Assembly (NCBI GenBank): GCA_024626585.2
Contig: JANKJI020000004.1
Location: forward strand, 140,321,506-140,340,879
DNA length: 19,374 nucleotides
Direction: 5' to 3'
Source of the DNA: Ginkgo biloba
Taxonomy: Eukaryota; Plantae; Ginkgophyta
Part shown: one piece after another, positions 18,101-19,374 of the stretch
Numbering within the stretch: the first letter of the stretch is position 1
Layout of the letters: each line of letters begins with the position of its first letter
The notes under the pieces: generated by a model
Told to the model about the DNA's origin: nothing
What the model saw: the letters and a program-made list of their open reading frames with translations, nothing else
Database searches by the model: none
Made by a program: the position numbers and the translations under genes

Positions 18101-19374
18101 NNNNNNNNNNNNNNNNNNNNNNNNNNNNNNNNNNNNNNNNNNNNNNNNNNNNNNNNNNNNNNNNNNNNNNNNNNNNNNNNNNNNNNNNNNNNNNNNNNNN
18201 NNNNNNNNNNNNNNNNNNNNNNNNNNNNNNNNNNNNNNNNNNNNNNNNNNNNNNNNNNNNNNNNNNNNNNNNNNNNNNNNNNNNNNNNNNNNNNNNNNNN
18301 NNNNNNNNNNNNNNNNNNNNNNNNNNNNNNNNNNNNNNNNNTAATTTTATAATTTTTGGTATGGTGCTCCCATCAACATGACTTGGTTCTTTATTCTTTT
18401 CCAATCAATGCATAATAGTGTAGACTGATGTATCGATGGTAGAGTACAAAAAAATAACCAAAAATTAAATTTTATTTTCTTGATTTTTAGTCTTTTTTAT
18501 GATTCCACCTAGTAGTTTTATTTTCCTTGTGCAAATTATGGTGTGTTTGGTTGTTTTAGTCCTTGTTTTTTATTATGGATGGGTAAGTAAGGTTGGACAT
18601 AAGTGAATTTTTGACAAGATTAATATCTAGAGACTATATTAGATTATGTGAAAATCCAGCTAAAAGAGTATGGTCTTTACAAATTCTTCTTGGATCCTTC
18701 TCTAAGAACCAATAATGAATTTATTGGTTTAATCATTTCATGGTGGAATCCCAACACTCATCAATTTCATATTAAACGAGGGCTCAATTTTTAGATCTTT
18801 GAGGAGGATATATATTTGTGTTCTAAGTTATCTTAGAGATGGACCAAGATTAATTTATCTTTCTTAGGAACACCATTCCCTATCATAGGGGTAGGTAAAG
18901 TGACCCTTGAATGGATGTGATCTAAATAACATATGATCTCTTGAGCTATGATTGTGGATGATGCTATAGAGGATGACTATGTGGCATACATTATATGTAA
19001 CTATATGAGCCACTAGGGTATGAGTTCTAGGGTTCCTTTGAGGTTTGATAACCTTCCATCATTGTGCTATGTTAGGTGATATTTTCACTTAGACCATATA
19101 AATGCTACATGAGCTTGTTGAGGGTCTTGATGCATGTAAGCATGAGTGATGCTAGTTTAACCTCCCATCACTTTTGATTTCCATTTTCTTTGAGATATGA
19201 TTGACTATTTACTCCACTATTATGTGATTTAGTAACTAACTAAACATTCATTGGTCCTCCTTAACTCTAACATTCAATAACAAAACTAAATATTAAGAAT
19301 CATAACATATAACTAATCACATAACATAGATCATTGGACAAAATATTATACCTTTCACCAAATCATAAAGCTTT

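Overview
Gapped (many N-runs), AT-rich eukaryotic draft sequence, almost certainly from a land plant. A large-genome lineage such as a gymnosperm or fern is plausible, but that is inference. It consists mostly of decayed, nested retroelements. (1) A GC/CpG-rich, hairpin-rich probable LTR terminus at 1-177. (2) A degraded, apparently spliced minus-strand gene remnant at ~285-1839. (3) A Ty3/Gypsy chromovirus-type (CRM-like) LTR retrotransposon: 5' LTR ~1840-3127, tRNA-iMet PBS 3130-3140, and pseudogenised gag-PR-RT-RNaseH up to the gap at 6338. (4) An L1-clade LINE with ORF1 9208-10608 and ORF2 starting in an ATGA overlap at 10605. (5) An antisense Gypsy integrase GPY/F fragment at ~11915-12148. 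(6) A compound microsatellite and a second, very old LINE endonuclease fragment at ~14330-15194. No intact host gene, rRNA, tRNA or true CRISPR array is supported. The most unusual element is a hierarchical repeat-spacer array inside the Gypsy LTR (2111-2554): six 38-bp conserved, hairpin-capable repeats separated by 15-56-nt purine-rich spacers, followed by an inverted copy of the spacer subunit.
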